Origin: Blastocatellia bacterium
Lineage (GTDB): Bacteria; Acidobacteriota; Blastocatellia; UBA7656
Reading direction: 5' to 3'
Length of the DNA stretch: 64,000 nt
Assembly: GCA_035275065.1 (NCBI GenBank)
Contig: DATENM010000150.1
Location: forward strand, 80,620 to 144,619
The notes under the pieces: generated by a model
Databases searched by the model: none
What the model was told of the DNA's origin: nothing
What the model saw: the letters and a program-made list of their open reading frames with translations, nothing else
Translations under genes and position numbers: made by a program
Part shown: positions 54,980 to 64,000 of the stretch, piece by piece
Layout of the letters: each line of letters starts with the position of its first letter
Numbering within the stretch: position 1 is the stretch's first letter

Positions 54980-57900
54980 ATGAAAGCCACTCCGACGAAG
55001 CAATCCATGACGCAGACGTTCCGCTATGGCAACCCCCGTCTGGTTATTCTCATAGGGATTCTCATGTTAATCCTGATCATCGGAGAGACGATGCGGCAGG
55101 CGGCGGCCAGAACTGCCGCCGGGCCGGGGACGGGCAACGCTCGGATTGCTCTGGCGCGGCTCGGCGAGGCGGTGAGCGTGCGCGCGGCGGGCAGAGGTAA
55201 CCCTTATGTCAGCCTGGCTGATGGTCATGATTTGCTGTCCGGCTATGTCGGCGACGAGCGGCTGTTGAAGGTCCTGACGAGCGGGCAAGCCCGGCCCCTG
55301 TCGCTCGCTTCAGCGGATTTTGACGAAGATGGGGTGGCCGACTTGATTGCCGGTTATGAGTCGAGCGATGGCGAGGGCGCCATTGTTTTACATCGCGGCA
55401 ATGCGGATGCGATTTATCCGAACACACTGGAGGCAGAACAGCGACGCGGCAATGGAACATTGACCGACGCGCCCTTCTTATCGCCGGCGCTGGCTTACAG
55501 TGCGCCGCGCGCCGCCGATTTTATCGGCGCGGGAGATTTCGATGGCGATGGCCATGCGGATGTGGTCGTCGCATCGCACAATGATGACCGTCTCTACTTG
55601 CTGAGTGGCGACGGTCAGGGCGGCTTATTGGTGTCGCGCGCCGTCAGCCTGCCCGGCAAAGTGACGGCGATGCTTACGGGCGAAATCAATCGGCGCGATG
55701 GGCTGGCCGATCTGGTCGTTGGCATTCAGGGCGAGGCCGGGGCCGCGGCGCTGGTGTATGAGGGAAGCCAGGGCGCGCTCAATGCGAAGCCGGAAGCCTT
55801 CGGCTTGTCGCAGGCGGCAACTTCACTGGCTCTCGGCCAGTTGGACGGCGAAGCCTGTGCGGATCTGGCCATCGCCGCGGGGCGCGAGCTGATAATTGTT
55901 CATGGGCGAGATCGCAAGCTGTTGCCCGGCGGCGAGCCGTCCGTTGATGCGCCGCCGGCCATCATCGAAAGTCGCAGCTTTGCCGAGCCCATCGAGTCGG
56001 TCGTCACGGGGCACTTCACCGGCGAGCAGGTGGGCGAGATCGCTCTATCCTTCCAGGGCGGGCGGATCACCGTGCTGACGCCGCCAGTCAGGCAGGCCCG
56101 CGCTTCGAGCTTACCGGCGGCGGAAACGACGCTGTCGCGCAAGCCGTTCAATCCCATCGAGCCGTTGACGCCGGTGCTATCCTTCAGGGACGCTTCTAAC
56201 AAATTAAGCGAACCGAAAAGCCTTCAATCGCTTGGCACCTGGAGCATGCAATCTCTGGGTAACAGCGCGGCGATCAAGAATGCGCGGCTGGTCGGCGCGC
56301 GCGTTTCCAGCACGCCGGTTGATAACCTGCTGGTCGCCGGGGCGGCTGAGAACATGAAGATCGTCGTCGCCGGGCAGCCGGCAAACCAGGAGATGCACGG
56401 GCTGCGGGCCGCCGACCTCAACCGCGAGACCGTCGAAGCCAGCATCGATGCCGGGGGCGAGGTCGCCGCCGTGCTGCCGATGCGATTGAACAAAGATGCC
56501 TTGAGCGATCTGGTCGTCTTGAAAGCCGGCAGCGTCCGGCCCGCCGTCATCCCGACGGTGCCGCAAGCGATCTTCGTCGTCACCAACACGAACGACAGCG
56601 GCGCCAATTCACTCAGAGACATGATCACGCAGGCCAACGCCGCCGCCGGCGCCGACGAGATTCGCTTTAGCCTCGGCGGCTCAGGGGTGCGGACGATCTC
56701 GCTGGCTTCGGCCTTGCCGGCCATTACCGGGGCCGTGACCATAGACGGGTACAGTCAATCGGGAACCGTTCAGAACAGCTCGGCGAGTGGTGATAACGCC
56801 ACTTTACTGGTCGAGCTGAACGGCACCAGCGCCGGCGCGGCGGACGGCTTGAGCGTCACAACCGGCAACTGCGTCGTCCGCGGTCTGGTCATCAACCGTT
56901 TCTCGCGCGCCGGCATCAACGTTTCGAGCGCCGGTGCCAACCGCATCGAGGGGAACTTCGTCGGCGTCAATGCGACGGGAACGGCCAAGCTGGCGAATCA
57001 GACCAACGGCGTCAGCGTCAGCTCTGCCGGCAACACCATCGGCGGCACGACCGCCGCGGCCAAGAATGTCATTTCGGGCAATGTCGTTAATGGCATTCAT
57101 GTGTCGTCCGGGGCCGGCAATGTGATTCAGGGAAATCACATTGGCACCAACGCGGCGGCGACCGCCGTGCTCGGCAATGGCAATGACGGAGTGCTGATTC
57201 AGAGCGCCGCGAGCGCCACCGTCGGGGGAACCTCGGCCACGCGCAACATCGTCGGCGGCAACGGCAACGTCGGCGTCGAGATGAAAGCGTCGCAGGCGTA
57301 TTTAATTCAGATCGACAGCATCGGCACGGAATCAAGCGCGACCCTGAATCTCGGCAACCTCAAAGACGGCATCAAGATCGATAGCCAGTCGAATAACGGC
57401 ACCGTGCGCGACGTGGTTCTGGCGTTCAATGGCGGCGCCGGCATCAAAATCAGCACCGCCATCATCGCCACCCTGCGGCCCAATGTGCTGACGTTTGCCA
57501 ACGTCGGCGGCGATCAGGTCTCTTTTACGGATAGTTTTTGCACCGTCGCCTGCCCCGTCTTTCAATTGTGCTCTCTGCCTGCCGGCTTCGGCATCAACTC
57601 GGCGAGCGTTTCGGGCAACACCATATCGGTCACCGGCTACCTCTTTGATAGCGCCCGCCCCAACAAGACGATCACGTTCGATCTGTATTCCGGGGCGCTG
57701 AACGCATCAGGGGGTGATTCGTTCGGCTCGCTGCCGACCTACCTCGGCGCGGCAGCCGTGACGACCGACTTCCGCGGGCTCGCCAGCTTTACCCTATCGC
57801 CGATCACCCTGCCCGCCGGCAGCAGCGGTCACTTCGTCAACGCGCGCGCCACGGTTGATAACAACACCTTCAATAAATCGAATTTTCTGCAAATCGGCAG

Positions 57901-59374
57901 CGGCTGCTCATATGCCGTAACGCCCGCGACGCGTAGCGTTCCCGCCTCGGGCGGCACCGGGAGCTTTGCCGTTCAGACGCAGGGCAATTGCGCCTGGCAG
58001 GCGTCATTTGACAACTGTGCGTCGTCGGTCGATGTCGCCTCGGGCACCGGCTCAAAGACGGTGAATTACACGATCTTTACCAACTATTTCCCGACGCCGC
58101 GCACCCTAACCTTCCTGGTGCAAGGGCAACTGCATATCGTAACCCAGGCCGCCGCTCAGGGCGGTGGGGGTGGCAGTTGCCCGGCGACGGCGATCAGCCT
58201 CGGCCAGTCGGTCCCTGCCGCGATCAGCGATAGCGATTGCGCAGCGCCTCACGTCTTCGGACATAAAGCCGACCTCTATACCTTCAGCGCCACGGCGGGA
58301 CAGATCGTCACCATCAATATGAAGAAGCTGTCGAACAGCCTCGACCCGTTCTTGATCCTGTCGGCCCCGGATGGCACCGTCATCGCCGTCAACGACGACA
58401 CCGTCCAGGGGGTCGTGCAAGATTCGCAGATCACCTACCGCGTCCAGACGAGCGGCACCTATACGATTGAAGCGACGACCTACACAGACACGGATAGAGG
58501 CCCTTATATGCTGTCGCTGACCGAAAGCGTCTGTACGCCGATGCCGATCAACATTGGCCAGACTATCAATGCGAGCATCGCCGACAGCGATTGCAACGAT
58601 GCGCAGGGCTTCAAAGGCGATTTCTACAGCTTCACGGCGACCGCCGGGCAGACGATCATTGCGACGATGACGAAGTCGTCGGCGACAATAGACCCTTACC
58701 TGTTTCTCGTCGGCCCCGGCGGCAGTGTGCTGGTCGAAGATGATGACAGCGCCGGGCCGCCGAACGCGCAGATCACTTTCACCATTCCCAGCTCGGGCAC
58801 CTATACGATTGAAGCCACGACCTACGATCTTCTGGACAGAGGCGCGTATTCTTTATCGCTGGCCTTCATGTCGCTGACGACGTGCAATTTCACGCTCAGC
58901 CCGACGACGAGCGCCTCGGTCGGCGCGGCAGGCGGCACGGGGAGCTTCAACGTCAATGTGGGCAGCGGCTGCAACTGGACGGCGGTGAGCAGCAATACGT
59001 CGTGGCTGACGACGGCGAGCGCAGGCAGCGGCAACGGCCCGGTCAATTATTCGTACGCGCAAAATTCCGGCAGTGCGCAGCGCATCGCGACGATCACCGT
59101 CGGCGGTCAGACCTACACCGTCACACAAGCCGGGACGCCGACCCTGGAGATCACCGGCGTGGTTAAAGACGGCAAGCATTTTCTGGTCAGCGGCATAGGG
59201 TTTGTCGGTGGAGCGACGCTACTGGTCAACGGCGAGGAGAAGAAGACGCGGGTCGATTCTTCGACCAGCATCTTTAGCAAGAAGGGAGCCAAGGGCGTCA
59301 GCTACCCGGCGCACTTCCGCGTGCGCAATCCCGATAATTCGCTGTCGAACGATTTCACCCTCAATCAGCCATAA
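54980..59374 (+). CDS. large secreted/anchored multidomain protein: FG-GAP/VCBS repeats, right-handed beta-helix repeats, BACON-like and three PPC (pre-peptidase C-terminal) domains, C-terminal IPT-like domain
   Basis: N-terminal TM (LVILIGILMLILII). FG-GAP repeats: DFDEDGVADLI, GDFDGDGHADVVV. Beta-helix repeats: NRIEGNFVGVNATGT/NVISGNVVNGIHV/NVIQGNHIGTN. BACON-like: GGTGSF.V....C.W. PPC: three copies of DLYTFSATAGQ...DP.L.L..P.G.V...DDD. Confidence 0.85.
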   Translation: MKATPTKQSMTQTFRYGNPRLVILIGILMLILIIGETMRQAAARTAAGPGTGNARIALARLGEAVSVRAAGRGNPYVSLADGHDLLSGYVGDERLLKVLTSGQARPLSLASADFDEDGVADLIAGYESSDGEGAIVLHRGNADAIYPNTLEAEQRRGNGTLTDAPFLSPALAYSAPRAADFIGAGDFDGDGHADVVVASHNDDRLYLLSGDGQGGLLVSRAVSLPGKVTAMLTGEINRRDGLADLVVGIQGEAGAAALVYEGSQGALNAKPEAFGLSQAATSLALGQLDGEACADLAIAAGRELIIVHGRDRKLLPGGEPSVDAPPAIIESRSFAEPIESVVTGHFTGEQVGEIALSFQGGRITVLTPPVRQARASSLPAAETTLSRKPFNPIEPLTPVLSFRDASNKLSEPKSLQSLGTWSMQSLGNSAAIKNARLVGARVSSTPVDNLLVAGAAENMKIVVAGQPANQEMHGLRAADLNRETVEASIDAGGEVAAVLPMRLNKDALSDLVVLKAGSVRPAVIPTVPQAIFVVTNTNDSGANSLRDMITQANAAAGADEIRFSLGGSGVRTISLASALPAITGAVTIDGYSQSGTVQNSSASGDNATLLVELNGTSAGAADGLSVTTGNCVVRGLVINRFSRAGINVSSAGANRIEGNFVGVNATGTAKLANQTNGVSVSSAGNTIGGTTAAAKNVISGNVVNGIHVSSGAGNVIQGNHIGTNAAATAVLGNGNDGVLIQSAASATVGGTSATRNIVGGNGNVGVEMKASQAYLIQIDSIGTESSATLNLGNLKDGIKIDSQSNNGTVRDVVLAFNGGAGIKISTAIIATLRPNVLTFANVGGDQVSFTDSFCTVACPVFQLCSLPAGFGINSASVSGNTISVTGYLFDSARPNKTITFDLYSGALNASGGDSFGSLPTYLGAAAVTTDFRGLASFTLSPITLPAGSSGHFVNARATVDNNTFNKSNFLQIGSGCSYAVTPATRSVPASGGTGSFAVQTQGNCAWQASFDNCASSVDVASGTGSKTVNYTIFTNYFPTPRTLTFLVQGQLHIVTQAAAQGGGGGSCPATAISLGQSVPAAISDSDCAAPHVFGHKADLYTFSATAGQIVTINMKKLSNSLDPFLILSAPDGTVIAVNDDTVQGVVQDSQITYRVQTSGTYTIEATTYTDTDRGPYMLSLTESVCTPMPINIGQTINASIADSDCNDAQGFKGDFYSFTATAGQTIIATMTKSSATIDPYLFLVGPGGSVLVEDDDSAGPPNAQITFTIPSSGTYTIEATTYDLLDRGAYSLSLAFMSLTTCNFTLSPTTSASVGAAGGTGSFNVNVGSGCNWTAVSSNTSWLTTASAGSGNGPVNYSYAQNSGSAQRIATITVGGQTYTVTQAGTPTLEITGVVKDGKHFLVSGIGFVGGATLLVNGEEKKTRVDSSTSIFSKKGAKGVSYPAHFRVRNPDNSLSNDFTLNQP

Positions 59375-59395
59375 TCCCGACTCCGCGAGTCGGGA
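59375..59395 (+). terminator. hairpin immediately after stop codon
   Basis: TCCCGACTC-CGC-GAGTCGGGA, a 9-bp stem. No U-tract. Confidence 0.3.
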
Positions 59396-59551
59396 AGCCA
59401 TCAGTTACCTTGCGACATCTGGCGAGCGTTGGCGATCACGGGGCGAAAGCAATACTTGGTGGCTAAAGGCCGGAGATGCTATGTTATCCCTGCTCGGTTG
59501 GCGTATAATCTTTGCATACGACAGGCAATCTGGGCGGGGGCGACGACTCGC

Positions 59552-60322
59552 ATGCTGGTTTGTTCTAAGTGCCAGACCCGAAATCAACCTCAAGCGCGGT
59601 TTTGCTATATGTGTGCGCAGCCGCTGATTGCCGAATCGCCCGCCGAGGAAGCGGGCGAGCCCGATGCGGCGGCGCTTTCTAACCGCAGCACGGTGCTTTA
59701 CCTGAACCAGACAGCGCCGCGAAAATGCCCGGTCTGCGAAGCCATCAACGCCCCTGAGTATGTTTACTGCCAGGATTGCGGCAGTAATCTGCGCACGCCA
59801 CAACAGCCGGCCAACACGCCGACAGTCATCAATACCAGCATGCCACCGGCGGGGCGTGATGAGACCGCCCGCCGCCCCGCCGCTTCGCCGAGCCCGGCAA
59901 AGCCCGCCGCCACCGGCGTTTTGAAGCGCGCCTGCCCGCAATGCAACAATCCCGTAGGTGACGACAGCCTCTTCTGCAACCGTTGCGGCGCACAGCTATC
60001 GGCGACACAGACGGTGGCGATGTCATCAATTAAAAACGCCCCGCGCCATCGCCTGGTCTTGATCGTTGACGGCCAGGAGACTGACGAAGAGTTCGAGCTG
60101 AGCGGGGATGTGGTCATCGGTCGGTTGAACGGCGACATCACTTTTCCGTATGATGATTTTGTCTCGGGCAACCATGCGCGCATCGTCAAGCGAGGGAATA
60201 CGTATTATCTTACCGATCAGGACAGTCGTAACGGCACCTTCATCCGAATCAAGGAAGAGGTAGAGATCAAGCCCGGTGACGTGCTGCTGATCGGCAGGCA
60301 GATTCTTAAGTTCAAGGCGTAG
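59552..60322 (+). CDS. triple zinc-ribbon + FHA domain protein
   Basis: Zinc ribbons: CSKCQTRNQPQARFCYMC, CPVCEAINAPEYVYCQDC, CPQCNNPVGDDSLFCNRC. C-terminal FHA: VVIGR...D..VSGNHARI......YYLTDQDSRNGTFI. The ATG at 59552 is preferred over the track start at 59429. Confidence 0.85.
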   Translation: MLVCSKCQTRNQPQARFCYMCAQPLIAESPAEEAGEPDAAALSNRSTVLYLNQTAPRKCPVCEAINAPEYVYCQDCGSNLRTPQQPANTPTVINTSMPPAGRDETARRPAASPSPAKPAATGVLKRACPQCNNPVGDDSLFCNRCGAQLSATQTVAMSSIKNAPRHRLVLIVDGQETDEEFELSGDVVIGRLNGDITFPYDDFVSGNHARIVKRGNTYYLTDQDSRNGTFIRIKEEVEIKPGDVLLIGRQILKFKA

Positions 60323-60353
60323 CCGGCTCGCGGTGCCGGCGAGGGCTCGTCTT

Positions 60354-61469
60354 ATGCCCACGACCGAAGAGCACATCTCTGTATCGGTTTTCGCGAGGAC
60401 AGACACGGGGCTGCAACGTTCCGGCAACGAGGATGCTTTTCTGGTCGCCGACCTGACGACCGGCAAAAGCGGTCTGGGGCCGGACATGAGCACGCATACA
60501 ATCGGCGAGCGCGGCAGCTTGATGATGGTCTCGGACGGCATGGGCGGGGCGGCCGGCGGCGAGATCGCCAGCAACCTGGCGGTCAAGACCCTCCGCGAAG
60601 AGCTGCAAGCCCTGAGAGCTGACCGGGACATTACCGAGCAGCTCGATGAAGCGATTGATCTGGCGAACAAGACCATCTGGGACTATGCCGTGGCCCACCC
60701 ACGGCTCGCCGGGATGGGCGCAACGATTACCGCCGTCTTGATCAACCGCACGACGGCATTCATCGCCCATGTCGGCGACTCGCGCGCTTACTTGATTCGC
60801 GGCGATCAGATCAAGCAGTTGACCAAAGATCAGTCCTACGTGCAGTGGCTGATTGACGCGGGCGCGATCAAGCCCGAACAGGCGTCAAGCATTCCGCAGA
60901 ATGTCATCATGCAGGCGCTTGGCGCCAACCCGACGGTGCAGCCCGAATTGATCGAGCTTGACCTCTCGCAAGGCGATTACCTGGTGCTGTGCAGCGACGG
61001 GCTCTCGAACAAGGTCGAGGCCGCGGAGATCAAACGGATGGTGAGCGAGCCGCCGTCGCTGACTGCCGCCTGCAAGCAGCTCGTTGCCCTGGCCAACGAC
61101 CGCGGCGGCGAGGATAACATCACTGTCGTCGTCGCCCGCTTCGACGGCAAGGCGCTGCACTCTGCCGCCGATTCGAACTCGATCACCGGGAGCTTCAAGG
61201 TTCTCAAACAGCCGGGGATCGATTACGGCACCTCGGCGGCTGCCGACGAGACAGTCAGGCCGGCGCCCTCACAGTCGACCACCCTCGTCTTCCAATCCTC
61301 GCAGCCGGGATTAATGCTGGAAGAGGAAGAAAACTTGCCGGCAGCCGATCAGCGACCGGCGGGTCAATCGCCTGGCGGCAGTAAACGAGCCTATTACATC
61401 TGGGCGCTGGTGGCGCTGGCAATCATCGGCGGGTTGTGCCTGCTATGGCTGACCCACCTCTTCCGTTAA
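60354..61469 (+). CDS. PP2C-family Ser/Thr phosphatase with C-terminal membrane anchor
   Basis: Motifs are RSGNEDAF, MVSDGMGG, HVGDSRAY, LCSDGLS and GGEDNITVVV. The C-terminal TM is IWALVALAIIGGLCLLWL. Confidence 0.9.
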   Translation: MPTTEEHISVSVFARTDTGLQRSGNEDAFLVADLTTGKSGLGPDMSTHTIGERGSLMMVSDGMGGAAGGEIASNLAVKTLREELQALRADRDITEQLDEAIDLANKTIWDYAVAHPRLAGMGATITAVLINRTTAFIAHVGDSRAYLIRGDQIKQLTKDQSYVQWLIDAGAIKPEQASSIPQNVIMQALGANPTVQPELIELDLSQGDYLVLCSDGLSNKVEAAEIKRMVSEPPSLTAACKQLVALANDRGGEDNITVVVARFDGKALHSAADSNSITGSFKVLKQPGIDYGTSAAADETVRPAPSQSTTLVFQSSQPGLMLEEEENLPAADQRPAGQSPGGSKRAYYIWALVALAIIGGLCLLWLTHLFR

Positions 61470-61478
61470 CGCCGTTCG

Positions 61479-62918
61479 CTAATTTTGTCGGCCCTTTGCC
61501 TGCAACGGCTCGATGATCACGTCATCAATCAAAAACTTTTCTTTGCCAATCGTGCGGAAGCCGATGGTGCCGTAAGGATAGACGTCCTCGCGCAGCTCGG
61601 AATAATCGAGGGTGATCGCTTTGCCGGTGTCCGCCGGGGTGATCGTATGCTTGACCTTGTTGCCGGTAAATTCGATATCGATCTCGTACTGGCCGTCGGG
61701 CTTTAAGGCGAAGGGAATCCTGGCGGTGCTGACCGGGTCGTTGAGGTCGAGGCGGTTGTTACGCACGACGTAGATGTTGAACTGGTTCTTAAATGCCCCT
61801 TGCGGGCCCGAGAGATAGAAGAGGTAATAATTCTCGCCGTCTTTGGCGCGCAGCGCCCATGCCGCGCCACCGTCGTTTTCGAGCGTCAGGTGGAAGTGCA
61901 GCTTGAAATCGAAATAGCGCAAAGCGACGGCGAAGACCGGGCGCGGGCAATTGCTAAGGTAGAGCGCGCCGCCTTTTACGGTTGCCTCTTTGGGCATCTC
62001 CCACTGCTTATTCGGGCTGTCGAAGAACTCGCGGAACGGCGACGATGCCGGCAGCGGCGTCAGCATCTTTTCCAACTGCTCGCGCTTACCGAAGGCGAAC
62101 TGCCGCGCCTCTTTATGCTCTTGAAAACCGTCTTTGTAAAGCCGCACTTCATGGCGGCCCAGGCGCACCTCTTTCCTGAGCGTGCCGTCGGGCGTCGTCT
62201 GGCCGATCTCTTCATTGTCGATGTAGACCGACACGCCCGGCCCTGACTTAACGATCATCTCAGTTGTCGCCGCGACCGACTTGAAGGTGATCAGATACTC
62301 GCGGCTGGGCGCCACCTTGAGCTGGCGCTCCAGGGGGACGAAGTCCGGATGCTCGTAGCGCACGCGATAGTCTCCGGGGGGCAGCCCATCCAGCACGATG
62401 GTGTTGCTCTCTTTTTCTTGGCGCAGCCGGCCCTTTTCCACTTCCTTATCGTTGATAAAGAGGCGGGCGCCTTCGATTTCAGGGCCAATGCGCAGCAGCG
62501 CGTATTTTGAGACCAGCGGCGCCTGGATGATCTCCGAGCGATCCCGCCCGAAGCTAAAACTCTTTTCAACGGGGTCGTATTCGCTCCCCGACGAAACCCG
62601 CACGACATAACGGCGGCCAAGCGGCAGCTCGGTTTTGAACTGTCCGGCCTCTGCCGTGCCGGCGACTTTGCCATTGATCGAAATCTGCGCGTCGGGCGGG
62701 TCGGTGAGGATCACCAGGACGCCTTTGCGCTGCTCGACCGGGACCGCCTTGCTCACCTTGCGAACAATGGGCGCGGCGGTGCGCGCCGTTTCTTTTACTT
62801 CGCCGGTGATGCTCGGCGGCAAGATCTGTGATGCGGCGACGAGGCAGAGGGCGACCAGCAGGATGATGGCGCCGGGAAGCCTTCCGCGCCGGCATACTTG
62901 TGTGCGTTGCAATTTCAT
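61479..62918 (-). CDS. secreted protein with three PEGA domains and a C-terminal ConA-like (DUF1080-like) jelly-roll domain
   Basis: The ATG at 62918 (MKLQRTQV..., signal anchor AIILLVALCLVAA) avoids overlap with the upstream gene. PEGA patterns: LVILTDPPDAQISINGKVAGT and VSVYIDNEEIGQTTPDG. C-terminus: W..P....V.GGALYL...YFDFKLHFHL...GTIGFR. Confidence 0.6.
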   Translation of the reverse strand: MKLQRTQVCRRGRLPGAIILLVALCLVAASQILPPSITGEVKETARTAAPIVRKVSKAVPVEQRKGVLVILTDPPDAQISINGKVAGTAEAGQFKTELPLGRRYVVRVSSGSEYDPVEKSFSFGRDRSEIIQAPLVSKYALLRIGPEIEGARLFINDKEVEKGRLRQEKESNTIVLDGLPPGDYRVRYEHPDFVPLERQLKVAPSREYLITFKSVAATTEMIVKSGPGVSVYIDNEEIGQTTPDGTLRKEVRLGRHEVRLYKDGFQEHKEARQFAFGKREQLEKMLTPLPASSPFREFFDSPNKQWEMPKEATVKGGALYLSNCPRPVFAVALRYFDFKLHFHLTLENDGGAAWALRAKDGENYYLFYLSGPQGAFKNQFNIYVVRNNRLDLNDPVSTARIPFALKPDGQYEIDIEFTGNKVKHTITPADTGKAITLDYSELREDVYPYGTIGFRTIGKEKFLIDDVIIEPLQAKGRQN

Positions 62919-62989
62919 AATCGCGTTTCGTTCACCTCTGGCGAATGATACGAGAGCCGTTGTTTGCCCAGATTGGCCGGGGCGCGAGG

Positions 62990-64000
62990 TCACCGGGGAA
63001 TGTCTTTGGCGCAGCGAAATCCTAAATGGTCGTAATGCGCGCTGGGCTGGACTGTCCAGCGCACGAAGGTCTTGAGATACTCCTTTTCGTCTTTGAACGA
63101 GCCGCCGCGAAAGACGCGTAACAGTTCCCCCCGCGGCAGCGCCGCCTTCGAGCCGGGATAGTTCTTCGCCTCGTCCGCAACCCATTCAAAAACGTTGCCG
63201 GCCATATCGAAGGCCCCGCACCAGCTCTTGCCCTCGGTGTAGCTGCCGACGTTGACCGGCTTGTTGCGCCCGTCGGCTTTCGAGTTCGAGCGCTTCGGGT
63301 CCCACTCATTGCCCCAGGGATAGATACGATTCTCCTGGCCGCGCGCCGCGTACTCCCATTCGGCCTCGGTCGGCAGCCGCTTGTTGCGGAACTGCGCATA
63401 AGCTCTGGCGTCGTCCCAGGTGACGTTGGTGACCGGCAGGTCGCCTTCGCCCGGCTCAAATTCGCCCTGAGTCCATTGCGGCGGCGGCGGGTATCCCGAC
63501 TTGACGAACTCCTGATATTCGCGGTTCGTCACTTCATATTTATCGATATAAAAATCGCCGACCTCGGCCTCGTGCGCCGGCTTCCACTCTTCAGGCGCGC
63601 GCGCGTCATTCGTGCCCATCAGGAACTTGCCGCCCTTAACCAGCAGCATTCCCGGCGGTGGCGGCGGCGTGGTCGGAGTGGGTGCCGGCCCCGGCACGTT
63701 CTCCACACTCTTTCTGGTCATCAGGTAAATGCCCAGAACCGCCCCTAAAACCAGCACGGCCGCAATCGCCATCGCCAGCAGCCGATAACGTTTTACTAGC
63801 TCGGGAAGCGATGTCGCCGCCGCCGTGCTATTGGCCGCCGGGTCTTGTTCGCGCCGCGCCGCCTTAGCCCCATGAGCCGAACCGGCCGAAGCCACGCCGC
63901 CGCGGCCCATAGCGACCGTTGGGCCAAAGGCCGGTTCTTTTTCAAAGGCCGGCTGCATCTTTTCGGCGGCGTACCCCCTGGTGCGGGTGTCGGGCGCCGG
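62990..64000 (-). CDS. formylglycine-generating-enzyme (SUMF1/FGE-sulfatase) domain protein; N-terminus may extend beyond the window
   Basis: MLLVKGGKFLMG...FYIDKYEVTNREYQEFV...VTWDDARAYAQFRNKRLPTEAEWEYAARG...AGNVFEWV...RVFRGGSF. A TM segment lies upstream. The frame stays open from the ATG at 63958 to position 64000, so the true start may lie outside the window (such domains are often fused to kinases). Confidence 0.8.
   Translation of the reverse strand, partial: PAPDTRTRGYAAEKMQPAFEKEPAFGPTVAMGRGGVASAGSAHGAKAARREQDPAANSTAAATSLPELVKRYRLLAMAIAAVLVLGAVLGIYLMTRKSVENVPGPAPTPTTPPPPPGMLLVKGGKFLMGTNDARAPEEWKPAHEAEVGDFYIDKYEVTNREYQEFVKSGYPPPPQWTQGEFEPGEGDLPVTNVTWDDARAYAQFRNKRLPTEAEWEYAARGQENRIYPWGNEWDPKRSNSKADGRNKPVNVGSYTEGKSWCGAFDMAGNVFEWVADEAKNYPGSKAALPRGELLRVFRGGSFKDEKEYLKTFVRWTVQPSAHYDHLGFRCAKDIPR

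Overview
This is a 64 kb segment of a high-GC bacterial chromosome. The gene content looks Acidobacteriota-like (delta-60 repeats, exosortase, many STK/FHA/TPR proteins), but I could not verify this. I recognised no rRNA, tRNA, CRISPR array, integrase or transposase. Positions 1-21.8 kb and 59.4-64 kb look like ordinary core genes: S9 peptidases, an SDR, a Cys/Met PLP enzyme, dienelactone hydrolase, rsmI, a TonB-like protein, a Ser/Thr kinase, a ROK kinase, an acyl-CoA ligase, and an FHA/PP2C/PEGA/FGE signalling cluster. The middle is a compositional mosaic of accessory DNA with four parts. (i) At 21.9-31.8 kb there is an AT-richer island. It holds a frameshifted DUF6602-like nuclease gene, a broken Cas6 gene, a cytoplasmic CHAT-SAVED fusion, a tiny basic repeat protein, a long nested RNA/DNA hairpin, and a secreted TPR-CHAT protease followed by an ECF-like sigma factor and a single-pass anti-sigma-like protein. 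Together these look like a stranded cyclic-oligonucleotide/protease/sigma-factor signalling module with no cyclase in cis. (ii) At 31.9-38.2 kb there is a PhoD-like, unknown and DUF2252 gene trio, a DUF4160(amber)/DUF2442 pair and a GMC oxidoreductase. (iii) At 38.8-54.7 kb there is a tightly packed six-gene operon. It encodes three giant proteins with no motif I can name (1311, 1469 and 644 aa), a 59-aa coupled micro-ORF, a LamG plus tail-fibre-like protein (1112 aa), and a compositionally foreign metallo-beta-lactamase-fold protein with a poly-Asn tract and a G9 run. This operon is my best candidate for an undescribed system. (iv) At 55-59.4 kb there is a 1464-aa FG-GAP/beta-helix/PPC surface protein. 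Two intergenic 25-26 bp perfect hairpins built from tandem octamers also occur. All calls come from reading the translations and sequence by eye. No searches or computations were run.
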